A DNA stretch of 64,000 nucleotides, taken from NCBI GenBank assembly GCA_964016885.1, contig OZ024743.1:272180001-272244000 (forward strand). Direction: 5' to 3'. The notes under the pieces are model-generated. The model saw nothing but the letters and a program-made list of their open reading frames with translations, searched no databases and was not told the origin of the DNA. Origin of the DNA: Eledone cirrhosa (lineage: Eukaryota). Numbering within the stretch: the stretch's first letter is position 1; each line of letters starts with the position of its first letter. Of the stretch, positions 50,376 to 62,572 are shown piece after piece. Made by a program: the position numbers and the translations under genes.

Positions 50376-50665
50376 AGATATATATATATATATTTAGGTA
50401 TACATATTTGAAATGTCTGCGTCCCAACGGATGTTGGTTAAGTGCGTTAACCAGTGCGCAAAAGAGCTCCTGGCTACCATTTACATCTTAGATAATTTTA
50501 AGCCTATGTCTGGGAGAGAAAACAAAGTGGATGACTTAAAAAGTATCGAGAAAATTTGAAATGTGTGGAATCCCATTTCGTTCACGCAGGCGCCTATATT
50601 CACCTTTTCCGTCTACTTTATCCGATATTCTCAACTATTATTTATAGCAATTGATAAAAGTCGAT

Positions 50666-50880
50666 GGATTGGCAGTATCAGTAGATCGTCGGACAAAATA
50701 CTTCGCGACATAGAATTACGGCCCTTTACGTTCTGAGTTAAAATCCCCCGAGGTTAGCTTTGCCTTTCATCCTTACGGGGTCGATAAATTAAACTACCAG
50801 TCACGCTCTGGGGTCGATTTAATCGACTTTCCCCGCCTCCAATATTGCTGGTCTTCTGCCTAAATCAGAAAACGTTATTT
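50666..50880 (+). mobile_element. SINE family A (long variant)
   Basis: ggcagtatcagtag...tttgcctttcatccttacggggtcgataaatt...tcagaaa. Confidence 0.85.
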
Positions 50881-52456
50881 ATAGTGATCAACTATTTGGT
50901 GTTTTGCATTGGGACACCATATGTCAAATTTCAAAAATTTCCTAATACTTCCTAGGTCATCCGTTTGGTTTATAGCTATAGGCTTAAAATCTTTTTAAAA
51001 GGGAAATTTTGGCCAATGGCTCGTTAGTTTAATGGTTAACGCGCACGTTCGGCATCCGTGAGATGCGGCGTACGATTCATCGCAGGTGAATCTGAATTCA
51101 CAAAGCAGAGAGCCGGTACAAACACCGAGTCATTTAATCCGACGCTCTGGCGACTCTGTCACTTCTGCGCCATAACAATACATGAGAAAACATTCAAATG
51201 TGTAATTTATTTCCACTAGATTCTTAGATTCCTGTCGAATAGACATTGTGTTTTTACGTAGCAGACGTTTACATCTCTTCGTCTTTCAAAAGAAATGCAT
51301 CTTAATATTACCAATGTTTATAAGCGTTCACATTTTGTTGACATCTACGGCAATCATTGGCGATTTCTCACTAATTTCTAAAATTTCTTTGCAGTTTATA
51401 TCATAGTTCAATAATAATCACGATCTTAACATTAAATAACAAAATATATTTGATAAAGATATCAAAAATACTGTCGTCTAATGTCAACAGGGGGCCTTAG
51501 AGTCACATAACGGTAGCACAGACATGTATGTAATTATGTTTTTGAATGTATGTATGTATGTATGTATGTATATTTATGTATGCATATATTTATGCATGTA
51601 TGTATGAGTTTTTCCTACGTACGTACACGTACACACTCACACATGCACACACACATAATACTTAGATACATACATACATTTGTTTACTTCTTATAAATGG
51701 ATAAATCTAGGCATACTCATATTAAAAATGTCAGCTTATCCAATATACGGTGTGTTGTGTATAAAATAATTAATTAATTGTCAAAGACGGTTATCCAAAT
51801 TTCGGTTGAATCCTAGTTTTCGTTTGAAGCTAACTATATCCCCGTAGACAGAAAATGGGAAATACCAGTTTTCCTGAAGAGATTCTTTGCTTAAACTTTA
51901 AACTTTATTAATAATAAATATTTGTTCTACAGGTTTATATATACTTATCGAGCACTCGTCGGATTTTGATTTTGCATTTATTATTTATTATTACTATATA
52001 TATATCCCGCAGCGTGTCCAAATTCATCCTTCTCACCAAGCAAGTCGGTAGGGTTGCCGGTATAGCCACCGACGACCCGACCATGCACATTTTGTTTTTT
52101 TGTGGAGCGAGAGACTCATAGTCTTCATTAAGACATTAAGACATCTCTCTAGGATAAAGTCACTCTGATATAAAACCTGCGACTTCGTTTGCATCCAATG
52201 GAGTAGACCAGTTCTTCTTTTTGGGCAAATGTATTTGATGTTCAGAGAGTGGATTGGCACCGTGCAAAGCCTTTCACTTAAAAAAGCTTCAAGCACAGGC
52301 ATCGTTTGATATATGACATGTTTTGCGATGCATGGTATTGCTGGCCATAGGCAAGTCCCTAGCAGAACCACAAAGCCACGCCCGTGAGGCTCATGCTTAA
52401 GTATCAAGCGATGGTATTACTCGAAATCGAGTAATGCCATATATATATATATATAT

Positions 52457-54482
52457 GCAAACGTGTGCAATCCCGACCAGGTCCATACACGACAACCTCC
52501 ACCTCATGCGATACATCATAGAGAGGGTGGGTAGTAAACCCGGCTTCGGTGGGGCTCTGATCAACTTGGATCAGTCTAAGGCATTCGATAGGGTCGACCA
52601 TCGATACTTGGAAGCGGTTCTCAAGGCGGCCGGTTTCGGTCCCGTGTTCAGAGGATGGATCGAGGCGATGCACATCAGCATCTGCTCGAGGGTCAAGGTG
52701 AACGGCTACCTATCGGAGCCGTTCGCAATCACGCGTTCCATTCGACAGGGATGCCCTCTCTCCTCCATTCTGTATGTATTGACTCTAGAGCCACTACTGC
52801 GGAAATTGGAGCTGTTGCAGGGCATCCCCCTAGAACCGGGACTGCGCAAAGCGGCGTCGGCTTATGCCGACGACGTGACAGTAATGGTGTCGAGCACCTC
52901 GGAAATCGGGGTGATCGGCAACATACTGAAAGAATACGAAACGCTGACGGGAGCAAAACTAAACCCAGACAAGTCTGTCGGTTTGCAACTCGGTACGTGG
53001 AGAGGCAAACCGATGACATCCGACAGCGTCGTTGGACGCTGGACGGACGGACCGGTGAAATTGCTCGGGGTCTGGTTCGGTCCAGACCTCCAGGTCGAGA
53101 AAAACTGGAACGAGGTCACGGCCAAGGTGTTTGCACTCACTCAGAAGTGGGCAGAGTGCAAACTGTCCTTGAAAGGTCGAGCGGAGGTGGCGAACACTTT
53201 CATAGCGTCCGTCATCTACTACCGCTTGACTGTAGTGCCTTGTCCCCGTGAACACCTCGCCAAGATGGAACGCATGCTCTTCCAGTTTCTGTGGAAGAAG
53301 CAGGCTCCGCTGGTGAGGAGATCCGTCTGCTGTCAGCACCATTCCAACGGAGGGCTGGGAATGCCGTGGCTGATGATGCGCAAACATGCGCTGAGGCTGC
53401 GGCATCTCCAGGTATTCCTCACCGACCCCCAACCGGTGTGGGCACCGTTTGTGAGACAGGCTTTCCCACAGCTCGTCTCGCTAACGGAGCTGCAGTCCTG
53501 GGTGAAGAAAAGACCGAAAACGATGGGCGCCTGGCACATTGAATGCGCTCAGGCGCTCACAGTCCTCTGGCAAGCGGGCGCAGCAATCAGTGGAGACTCC
53601 ACTTCGACATTCTATAGAGGGATTGTACGTTACAAGGGCGACGACGTGCTCGGAGAGACTCTGGGCGTCGAAGACGATGAGCTCACCAGTCTGTTTGGTA
53701 GGACTTTCCGCCCGGGACCTATGGACAACTTCCAGAGGTCCCTGGCCTGGCAGTGCTACCGAGGAGCTCTACCGGTTCGTGACAAGATCTACAGGCACGG
53801 ACGCCCTGGCAGGGATCCTTCCAAGAGGACGTGTCCAAGATGTGCGCAGGACATTGAAACAGTTCTGCACGCAATTGTACACTGCCCGGGCGTAAGCGAC
53901 CTGTGGAACTATGCAGAACAACTGCTGTCGCGTATGGGACAAATACAGTTGACTGCAGAGTCCATAGTAAGGATCAAACCGCCAGACTCTTTCAAAAACG
54001 AAAGAGAGGCGGTTTTCCTCTGTACGGTGGCTATGGTGAAAGAAGTTATATGGTGGACGAGGTTGAGAGGACTGAGGACAGATGCCTTTCTCTCCGGATA
54101 ACAATTGATTCCATTCTTTAAGTATCACTTTAGAAGGAGAATCAGGGTGGAGAGAGAGGCACTGCACCCCAGTAAATTTACTGAAAGGTGGGTGAATGAA
54201 GCGAAAAGGGCCCGAGTGATTGGGCCTTCTCTGTTTATAAGCCTGTAGGTTGAGGAAGAGAGCAAAAGGAAGAAAGGAGCACTTGCACAACACGCTCCTT
54301 GAGTTGAGGGTTGTTCTATCGACGGGGTATTAAACAACCCATTTGTGGCGCCTCCCCCTTATTGGGGACTTCGATTGTTGAAATTGTTTGTTTTTATATT
54401 TTTTACACGACTGTATGTAAAATCCCCGGCATGTCTTTGTATTGTCCCCTTTCTTGTTGCGCCCTTGTGGCTAATAAAGAAA

Positions 54483-54484
<2 letters not shown>
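52457..54484 (+). mobile_element. 5'-truncated Tx1/L1-type LINE: ORF2 RT and C-terminal zinc-binding region, one premature stop
   Basis: LDQSKAFDRVDH, SIRQGCPLS, SAYADD, LLGVWF, GGLGMP, CPRC..ETVLHAIVHC. TAA at 54099 corresponds to CAA in the paralog; the natural stop is probably TAG at 54246-54248. 3' aataaa, (TA)n on both sides. Confidence 0.95.
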
Positions 54485-54523
<39 letters not shown>

Positions 54524-54524
<1 letters not shown>

Positions 54525-54689
54525 ATATAAAGAAATACACAGATACAAGCGAACACATACATATACATGAATATATCCACATATATCCATGAATTTGTGG
54601 TGCCAACTTCAACCGTTGTTGCTCTATGAATAACTGGGACAAAATAATCCGAATGGATTAGATTGATTCAGTATCAGACAGTATCAGAG

Positions 54690-54722
<33 letters not shown>

Positions 54723-54897
54723 GTTTCTTCTTTCTTTATAATGTAGCTCTGATACTGAATCAATCTAATCCATTCGGATTATTTTGTTCCAGTTATTCAT
54801 AGAGCAACAACGGTTGAGGTTGGCACCACAAATTCAGGGATATATGTGGATATATTCATGTATATGTATGTGTCCGCATGTATCTGTGTATTTCTTT
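54524..54897. repeat. Inverted duplication, ~155-bp arms, with (TA)n in the spacer
   Basis: 54524-54690 resembles the reverse complement of 54744-54897. Confidence 0.9.
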
Positions 54898-55714
54898 AAA
54901 TTGTTTATAACTTCCTATGGTAGAGTAACCATTGAAGTGTAGTGACTGCTAGATAGCTATCATTACTCAAACTTCTCGCCATCCTAGCCATCTCTTCTAC
55001 GGCTTTGATATAAATACCCCCTCCGCCTCTGTGGTATTTTTTTCTTGGTTGTAAGAGGCTTAGCTCTGTTTCTTGACCGCTGTATCATGTGATTGACTCC
55101 CCCGCCGCCTTTCGGGATTCTATCTCGCGTCCTACGGATGTGTTTTGAAACTCTAACTGAGGTATCCTCTTGATAAGTCGGCAAACCTCACAAAATTACT
55201 GTATCTCCGTGATGTAGTATTTTTGCATAATATGCCACAAAACTACGTAGTCGAGGAGTAATAAGGAAATTTGGGTATGGTATATCTTATTAATTATATC
55301 TAATGTTTCTTCTTTCTTTATAATGTATTATATATATATATATATATATATATGTTTACTTACTAGCACGCGGCAACTCTCTTTCTCTAACACATACTGT
55401 CTATTTCTTGACGAAAATCTATTTACATTACACTCCTTCCCGTGTTAAGATTTGCACAACTAGCTTGCATCTCATCCTGTTCTGTTTCTAACCGAAAGAT
55501 CCTCCCTTGTTTTCCCCTGTCTCATATGCATTTCCTGGCAATTGTTGAAGCTATTGTCCAATCTTGGTTCAGTATTATACAATACCACCCCTATTTAAGA
55601 AATTGCATTGCCCAGAGACAGGCGGAGGTGTAACAGAGATGTTTTTATTTCTTCCTTCCACGTGTTTCGTTTTTTTTCGTGTACAATTTTGCTATATATA
55701 AGTCGAAACAAGTA

Positions 55715-56140
55715 CTAACATCAAAATGAGTTGCTTATCATTTGAAGGCTAGGATCTTTGACACTTACATCCTATCAGTTGTGTTATATGGTTTTGATTG
55801 TGTTACTGGACGACAAGTTCACTTCAGAAGCTCTCTACATTTCAGGAGCACATCATGAGACTTATGATTAACAAACGACTCAGCGACCATATCTCTATCA
55901 ATGAGCTACTCAAAATTACCAAGCTTAAACCACTCACATCAGTTATCAAGTCAAGAGTACTTAAGCTGTATGGTCATACCACAAGATCAACTCATGGTGT
56001 GAGTAAGTCATGAATAGAAGGAAAGTTAGCCGGTAAGAGAAGTAAAGGTCGACAGACAAAACGCTGGCTTGATAATGTCAACCTATGGACTGGACTTGAC
56101 ATTTGCTCTTTAAACTCTGCTAAGCATCTAGGGAGATAGA
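55715..56140 (+). mobile_element. RTE-like LINE 3' fragment
   Basis: LKARIFDTYILSVVLYG, IKSRVLKLYGHTTR, IEGKLAGKRSKGRQTKRWLDNV. A-rich tract follows. Confidence 0.75.
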
Positions 56141-56389
56141 AAAAATGTACACGAAAAAAACAAAAAACCCCCAAAAAAACCCAAAAAAAAAAACAAAAAC
56201 AAAAAAAAAAAACCCCAACAAAAAACAACAAAAAAAAGACAACAAAAATCAATAACAAGCAAATACGGAGGAGGAACGCATAAAAAACATCTCTTACTCC
56301 GCCAGTCTCAGGGCAATGTAATACATAAATGCAATATATATATATATATACATGTATATACCCATACAAACACACACACACACACACAT

Positions 56390-56720
56390 ATGCGAAAAGT
56401 GAAATAAAAAATCAGTACCGGTGAACGATACAATACAATGAAGATATATGATATATATTAGTTTACCGACTGATATAGTAAGAAGGAATCTTAACGATTT
56501 GGACGTTAGTCCCTCATCAAAATACAGAATGAGAGATAAAAAAATATAAAGACGAGAGTAAGGAGAGAAAGAAACAGATATTTCGGAGGGATAATGAACG
56601 AACGAAACCTTTCTTTACAACAATCAGAAAGTGTTACCATTAAAGAGAAGTTATAAATAAGTTGTATAAATAAAGCAACAGGTCTAACCGGGCAAATGGC
56701 AGCTTCCTTTGTACAATTAA
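56390..56720 (-). mobile_element. Penelope pLTR remnant homologous to 19560-19860
   Basis: Reverse complement ttgatgagggactaacgtccaaatcgttaagattccttcttactatatca vs ctgatgaaggactagcgtccgaaacgttaagaccctcttcctactatatca. Confidence 0.7.
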
Positions 56721-57332
56721 GCCAAAATGGTATGCTAGAAGACACAGAAGAACGTCAAATGTTCTTATGTTATGTAACGTTTCTGAGTACAAAACTATTA
56801 TCTATAAATAATTATCAAAAATACGAACATTGTAGGTTCCATAAACGCTGTATAATTAATGAATGCTTCGAATGGGATTTTTGTCTTCTCAGAATCAATG
56901 AAAGAAACACCAATTTAGTATAACAGTTGATTAAGTTCGCTATAAATATAAGTACTTGTGTTAAAGTTAAGCTTCATTAGCTGAATACATTTGTATCGGG
57001 TAGAAGCATATCACTACTGCAGGCTACGTGAACTTTGCATGTCAATTAAATTGTGCACTCAGTAGCTGGGACATACATGTGTGTACAGAAAATGAACAAT
57101 ATAATTGAATTAGCTACCAGCGGAAGTAGTAATATTATCCAAAACGAATTTCCAATTTATGGATACTACTATATTTGGCGAGCTTATAAAACCATTATTT
57201 ATGTATTTCTTAGTCAACAGAGAATGGTGTATGTGATATCTACGGGTGGAACTAATTAGCGTCGAAATTCGTCTCAAAGCATTCACTTTCATTGTTGCGC
57301 AGAGAAATATGTAAAAATGACGTATGTTTATA

Positions 57333-58192
57333 CGAGGTGTGTCAGAAAAGTTCCAGGACTGATGTCACAAAAGATTTATTTCAAACCCAAACTTCACACT
57401 AAGAGTTTTCTCCTTCAAAGTAATACCCCTGGCGTCTAATGCACTTTTCCATCCTTTTCTGCCACGCTTGCATGCACTCCTGGAAGGATTCTTCCACGAT
57501 CCTCCGCAGTTCCGTCGTCACGACCTGTTTGATATCGTCCACGTCTTCAAAACGAGTCCCCTCCGGGTCGTACTCGAAGATCCATGACTCATCACCGGTG
57601 ATAACTGTCCCTAGCAAGTCTGGCTCGGTTTCAAGATGTTCGAGGATGTCCTGACACACTTGCATGCGTCGACCCTTCTGGTCATCGTTCAGCAGTTTTG
57701 GCACCATCTTCGCGCAGACTTTCCGCATGTCCAAATCTTCAGCGAGAATCTTCCAGACGCTGTCCCGATTAATGCCCAGCTCATTTGCCATCATTCGAAC
57801 AGTCAGCGGACGATCGCTACGCACCATCTGCCTGACGCACTCAACGTTGACCTCAGTCCTGGTTGTCCTTCTTTAAACCTCTTGCACCACTCAAAAACAC
57901 GTGAGCGTGACATCGTCTCATCTCCATACACTTGCTGCAGCAATCCCAGTGCTTCTGACGGAATTTTCCCCAACCGTACCAGAAACTTCAAGTTTGTTCG
58001 TTGCTCTGTGCTCATTGCTTGACAACCTGAAACAAAGGACATGTATATAAAATTATGAAGAAAAAAGTTTGATCGCTGCAGAGAGCTAAGATTACAGTTA
58101 CATATTCCAGGGTGATTACTTTGAAGGAGAAAACTCTTAGTGTGAAGTTTGGGTTTGTGACATCAGTCCTGGAACTTTTCTGACACACCTCG
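57333..58192 (-). mobile_element. Internally deleted mariner element with intact TIRs and TA TSD
   Basis: TA|cgaggtgtgtcagaaaagttccaggactgatgtcaca ... tgtgacatcagtcctggaacttttctgacacacctcg|TA. Transposase pieces EQRTNLKFLVRLGK, VCAKMVPKLL, ITGDESWIFEYDPE, G.YFEG. Confidence 0.95.
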
Positions 58193-59011
58193 TATATACC
58201 AGTGCTTTTAGTTATACCTTCACATAACGTCGGTTAAATCTTGCACTGCTTCTGTACGTATATAACACGGTTTATTTAACGAGTTGTCATTAATTTTCAA
58301 TACTCAAATTTTATTCTCTTCATTTTTTTTCTTTCATTGTTTAAAGGTGGAGAAAGAGCAGCATTTATGATATTTGAAGCGACTTTTAGATTGATGGGGA
58401 AAAGAGCGGACGAAATCACAATTCATGAAGAAGCAGAGTATTGAGTTATAACTCAAACTGGGAACGTGGTCCAAATGTTTACAATAGAGTGAACTCTGTT
58501 AAAGGTATTCAAAAGCCAGGTGGTGTTGTTAAGCGGGCTGACGGATTACATCGTTGTAACGATGCTGTTTTAACTTCAAGTTGCTCTGATCGAGTAGATC
58601 AATAACCAATGATTTTACAGCTTTAACCATCCTATATTCATGATTACGTTATAAAATGTGCTCCTACTTCATCATGTTTTTAATGTCAATAAGGTGTAAT
58701 CTGAAAGATATTTTTTTGCTAGTTCTAGCCAGTTGAGTACAAAGGTGTAAACCACAGTCCTGTTATATCTATGATATGAGGAGCATGACTATACCGGACA
58801 AATGCCACCCTCAACCATGAAAAGTTTAAATATATTGCCAGTACAATCTCTCTGTTTTGTTGCGTCACAATGGGCACTGAAAGGAATAGTATCATTCATG
58901 ATGCACTGAAACTAGCGTGATTTCCAGAGGTTGACTGAGGAAAAGGTATAGTCCGTCTTTTCGTTGTTTTTCCTATTGACTTTGTCATGTGCACCCCTTT
59001 CTTGTATATAT

Positions 59012-59900
59012 ATGGCGGACAGGGTCTAAAAATATTGGTTGCCAGGAGATGAAGGGGGCCCACCTACATATAGAATGCTATCATTTAATTTTTATAATGA
59101 ATAAATAATATTTTCCAAAAATACATAAGTGGAAACAAAAGAGTGCAATCAAATTTTTGCGAAAAAATATCTTACCTTCTCGAATAAAAAATATGATGTA
59201 TTTTGCGAAATCCAGAGACTTTCAACAATGACCAGAAGTCGACCCTAAATATTACTAATAGCTCTAGGAAATGCATGAACGACACAACATCTTTTTAACT
59301 TTGATTTTGAAAGTAGGTTTATAATTATCAATTTTCATTGCACTTTTGTAGCTGTCTCGGTGGCCTAGTTGGAGGAATCATAGACGGTGGTGATCCTGGT
59401 CTGAAGTTCGATCCTGGTCGGTAGTAGGGGTCCCAGTAATCCGTTTCTTTTTTTCTTCTATGGGTTGTAAAATAAAAACTGAAAAGGTTTACATGTACCT
59501 CTTGACCAGGATTGAACCCAAGGACAGGATCTCCACCGTCTCTAGTACCTACCGCTAGGCTACAGAGACAACTGCGAAAATCTCATGAAAATTCATACTA
59601 ATAAACCTTATAAACCTACTTTAAACATTTTCAAAATAAAGTGTTGTGGTGTCGTTCATGTCTTTCTTAATGTTATTGCTCCTACTTAAGGTCGACTTCT
59701 AAATCATTTGAGTGTTCCATAAACTACCCCCTCGTTTTGTTTCACATCTATCTGGACTAAATTTTAACCTGTAATCCATGTTTCATTTTTGTTGCACCTC
59801 ATTTCTCCCGTCTCTCCCTCTCTTTCTATCTGTGATATTTGAATCTACTATGATTTGGGCTTACTTATGCCTATATATATGTTTTTGCATGTCAGTTAGA
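59012..59900 (+). mobile_element. TGGCGGAC-ended element with internal imperfect palindrome and two convergent tRNA-like (A/B box) units
   Basis: A box tggcctagttgg 59361-59372 and B box gttcgatcc 59406-59414 (+). A box tagcctagcgg near 59552-59562 and B box ggttcaatcc near 59509-59518 (-). Confidence 0.8.
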
Positions 59901-59923
59901 TTCAAACTTACAATGATTGGCAT

Positions 59924-59970
<47 letters not shown>

Positions 59971-59987
59971 ATATATATATATATACA

Positions 59988-60478
59988 CAGTGGCGGACTA
60001 TTTTTAGAAATATTGGTTGCGAGATGAAGGGGTCCTACCTACATATAGAATACTATCATTTAATTTTTATAATGAATAAATAAAATTTCCCAAAAATACA
60101 TAAGGGGAAACGAAACAGAGCAATCGAATTTTTGCGGAAAAATATCTTACCTGTGTCTATGTATGTTTGCATGAATGAATACACTAAGCTTTAGATTTAG
60201 TAGAATGTACAACCACTGATTCCATCTATTTGCACTATCTTATATTTTGGTTTCTAGTAATTCCCTGGTGAATTGTTTAACCAAATGCTTTGTTCAATTG
60301 CTTTATTTATTTAAAAAAAATTGATTCTTTCTCTTAGATTTCAGGTATTTTTGAAAGCAAAGCCCCTAAATACTACAGTGGGCCCTGCAATGTTACTGTG
60401 GGTTCTTGTAATGCTACTGTGTGCCGCTTGTGGCCCACTTGCAACCTGGCAACCTGGCAACCTGGCCAGTCCGCCACT
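59988..60478. mobile_element. MITE with CAGTGGCGGACT TIRs (hAT-like), in (TA)n
   Basis: cagtggcggact ... agtccgccacta. Left part matches 59012-59180, right part matches 17623-17905. Confidence 0.8.
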
Positions 60479-61177
60479 ATATATATATATTATTCAAAAT
60501 ATTAATAAATGAAGGCGTTCACATAATCAAAATATATGTTTTATTATATATATTTCGGAGGTACTGTGCTGTTTTTTCAGTACGTCCTCGTCAGATAAAA
60601 TACATGAATTGATGTATGACATACCTCAACTGTCTTGATGGTTCAATTCCAGTATTTGCAGTGATTTATTACAACAAATCTCAATATTTATATACCACAA
60701 ATAATAACATGATAAACTTAAATATGATGAAGAAGAGGATGTGGAGCGAGATATAAGTATAAGGAGGGGGTCAGTATGAGAAAATGCAAGAAGAAATAAA
60801 TAAACACATACATAAATATTTAAATGCGTAAATATCCGTGTTAGGGAAGAAAGAGAGAGAGAGATAGAAGAGAAGAAAGAAGAAGAGAGAAGAAAGAAGA
60901 GAAGAGATAAGGAGAGATAGAGAGAGAGATGAGAGTAGAGGAAAGATGTAACTGCAAAAAGGGAAAGAAAGAAAGAAAGAAGGAAGAAAGAGACATAATG
61001 TGTGACCGTTGTTTTCAAATATTAAGTCAAATAGAAGCGACCAATTAAATACCATGAAATGTTTTAATATCTTTTGTATTTGGTTATGTTTAAGCTAATT
61101 ATACTAATATATTATATCAAAATTGAATGTATTTTTGGCGCGATGACTTTTGAAAATTAAATGTCTTATTTTGAGCT

Positions 61178-61254
61178 CGCTCCTGATGATTCCGAAGCTC
61201 TGGACATACCTTGTTATCGGATGTCTTAAAATACGGATGAAACCATGGTAGGGG
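61178..61254 (+). ncRNA. Hammerhead-like motif with enlarged stem II
   Basis: ctc-CTGATGA-t tccg[..gacat..atgtc..]cgga t-GAAA-ccatgg-TA-ggg: palindromic stem III, GUA triplet. Confidence 0.55.
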
Positions 61255-61532
61255 TAATTTGGTATGTACGCAATTCTTCTAAGTTCAATTTTACACCTAA
61301 TTGTGTTTAGTTGACTGTATATCTGGTCGATTTTTACATGCTGTCGAAATGTTAGATAAATAATCTATTGTCGCCACCGCGAAGGGGCTGCTTTCGGTTA
61401 TTTGTCGAAGATTTCTTCATAGGAGCCTTTATTCTTATAGCTTGGTCTAATTGATTTTTTATATGGTTAATTATACTAATTGGGAGAGGAAATGGTATAT
61501 ATTATATCTAGTGATTCTAAAGACATATTTTA

Positions 61533-61534
<2 letters not shown>

Positions 61535-61583
<49 letters not shown>

Positions 61584-61775
61584 CACACACACACACATAT
61601 ATATATATATACATATAATTACACACACATATATATATATATATATTCACACACGTGTATATATATGTACGTATGTTTATATATGCAAATGTATATTCAT
61701 GAATGTGTATGTATATATGTTTTTGTAAATATATATATATATATATAGCTATATATATATTTAAACACACACACA

Positions 61776-61854
<79 letters not shown>

Positions 61855-61910
61855 ACTATATTTCGGATATATATATATATATAAATATATATACACCTAT
61901 ATATACATAT
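61535..61910. repeat. (TA)n/(CA)n microsatellite cluster
   Basis: Direct reading. Confidence 0.95.
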
Positions 61911-62391
61911 GTGTCTGTGCTCTCAAGCACATAAGTATTATTATTAACATTCTGTTGTTGCTTGCATGTTATAATTATGCGATAGATTTCCAACATTCCT
62001 AAAAGTAGTTTATATGAAGAATTAAATTTTCACTGAAGAATAATGAAAAAAAAAATAGTTACCTGGGCTCTAATTAACATCAAATCATATCTATTGGATT
62101 GCAATACCTTAAAATACTTTATAACTGAGTGAATATCCACTGAATCACAATTTAATAGATTTCAGACTAATTAATCGATAACAAATCTTTGATATATTAT
62201 ATTTTACATATTTACTAGAAACCAGACATAGCCTTACACTGGGTAATTACACCTAAAATACATATGAATGTTAATTCATTGAAAATTGCTTCATTCAAGC
62301 CACCCAGTTCTTGTTGCGTTTCATTAAAATATACAGAGAACCTATAATTTAATTCCAATCTGAATACTGTATTAATTTGCATTGTTTGTAT

Positions 62392-62572
62392 TGTTGGCAG
62401 TATCGGTAGAGGGTCGGATGCCATGCTTTCCATCATAGTTACGTCCCTTTACGGTCTGAGTTCAAATCCCGTCGAGGTTAACTTTGCTTTTCATCCTTAC
62501 GGGGTCGATAAAATAAAGTACCAGTAATGCACTGGGTAATTGCTGGCCTTGTATCAAAAGTAGAAACAATTA
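62392..62572 (+). mobile_element. SINE family A
   Basis: Near-consensus copy. Confidence 0.9.

Noticed and set aside
52033-52407. 124-aa minus-strand ORF in a GC-richer patch
   Set aside because: No recognisable motif or splice context; probably a repeat fragment
52404-54337. Antisense and alternate-frame ORFs over the Tx1 element
   Set aside because: Shadow ORFs of a GC-rich RT coding sequence
55205-55258. Possible hammerhead (ctc..gtgatgt...aaaa ctacgtag tc gag)
   Set aside because: Stem III palindrome and GTC are present but both core segments are mutated; at most a dead Penelope-type relic
59350-59575. Functional tRNA genes
   Set aside because: A/B boxes are present but no convincing acceptor or anticodon stems; embedded in a repeat
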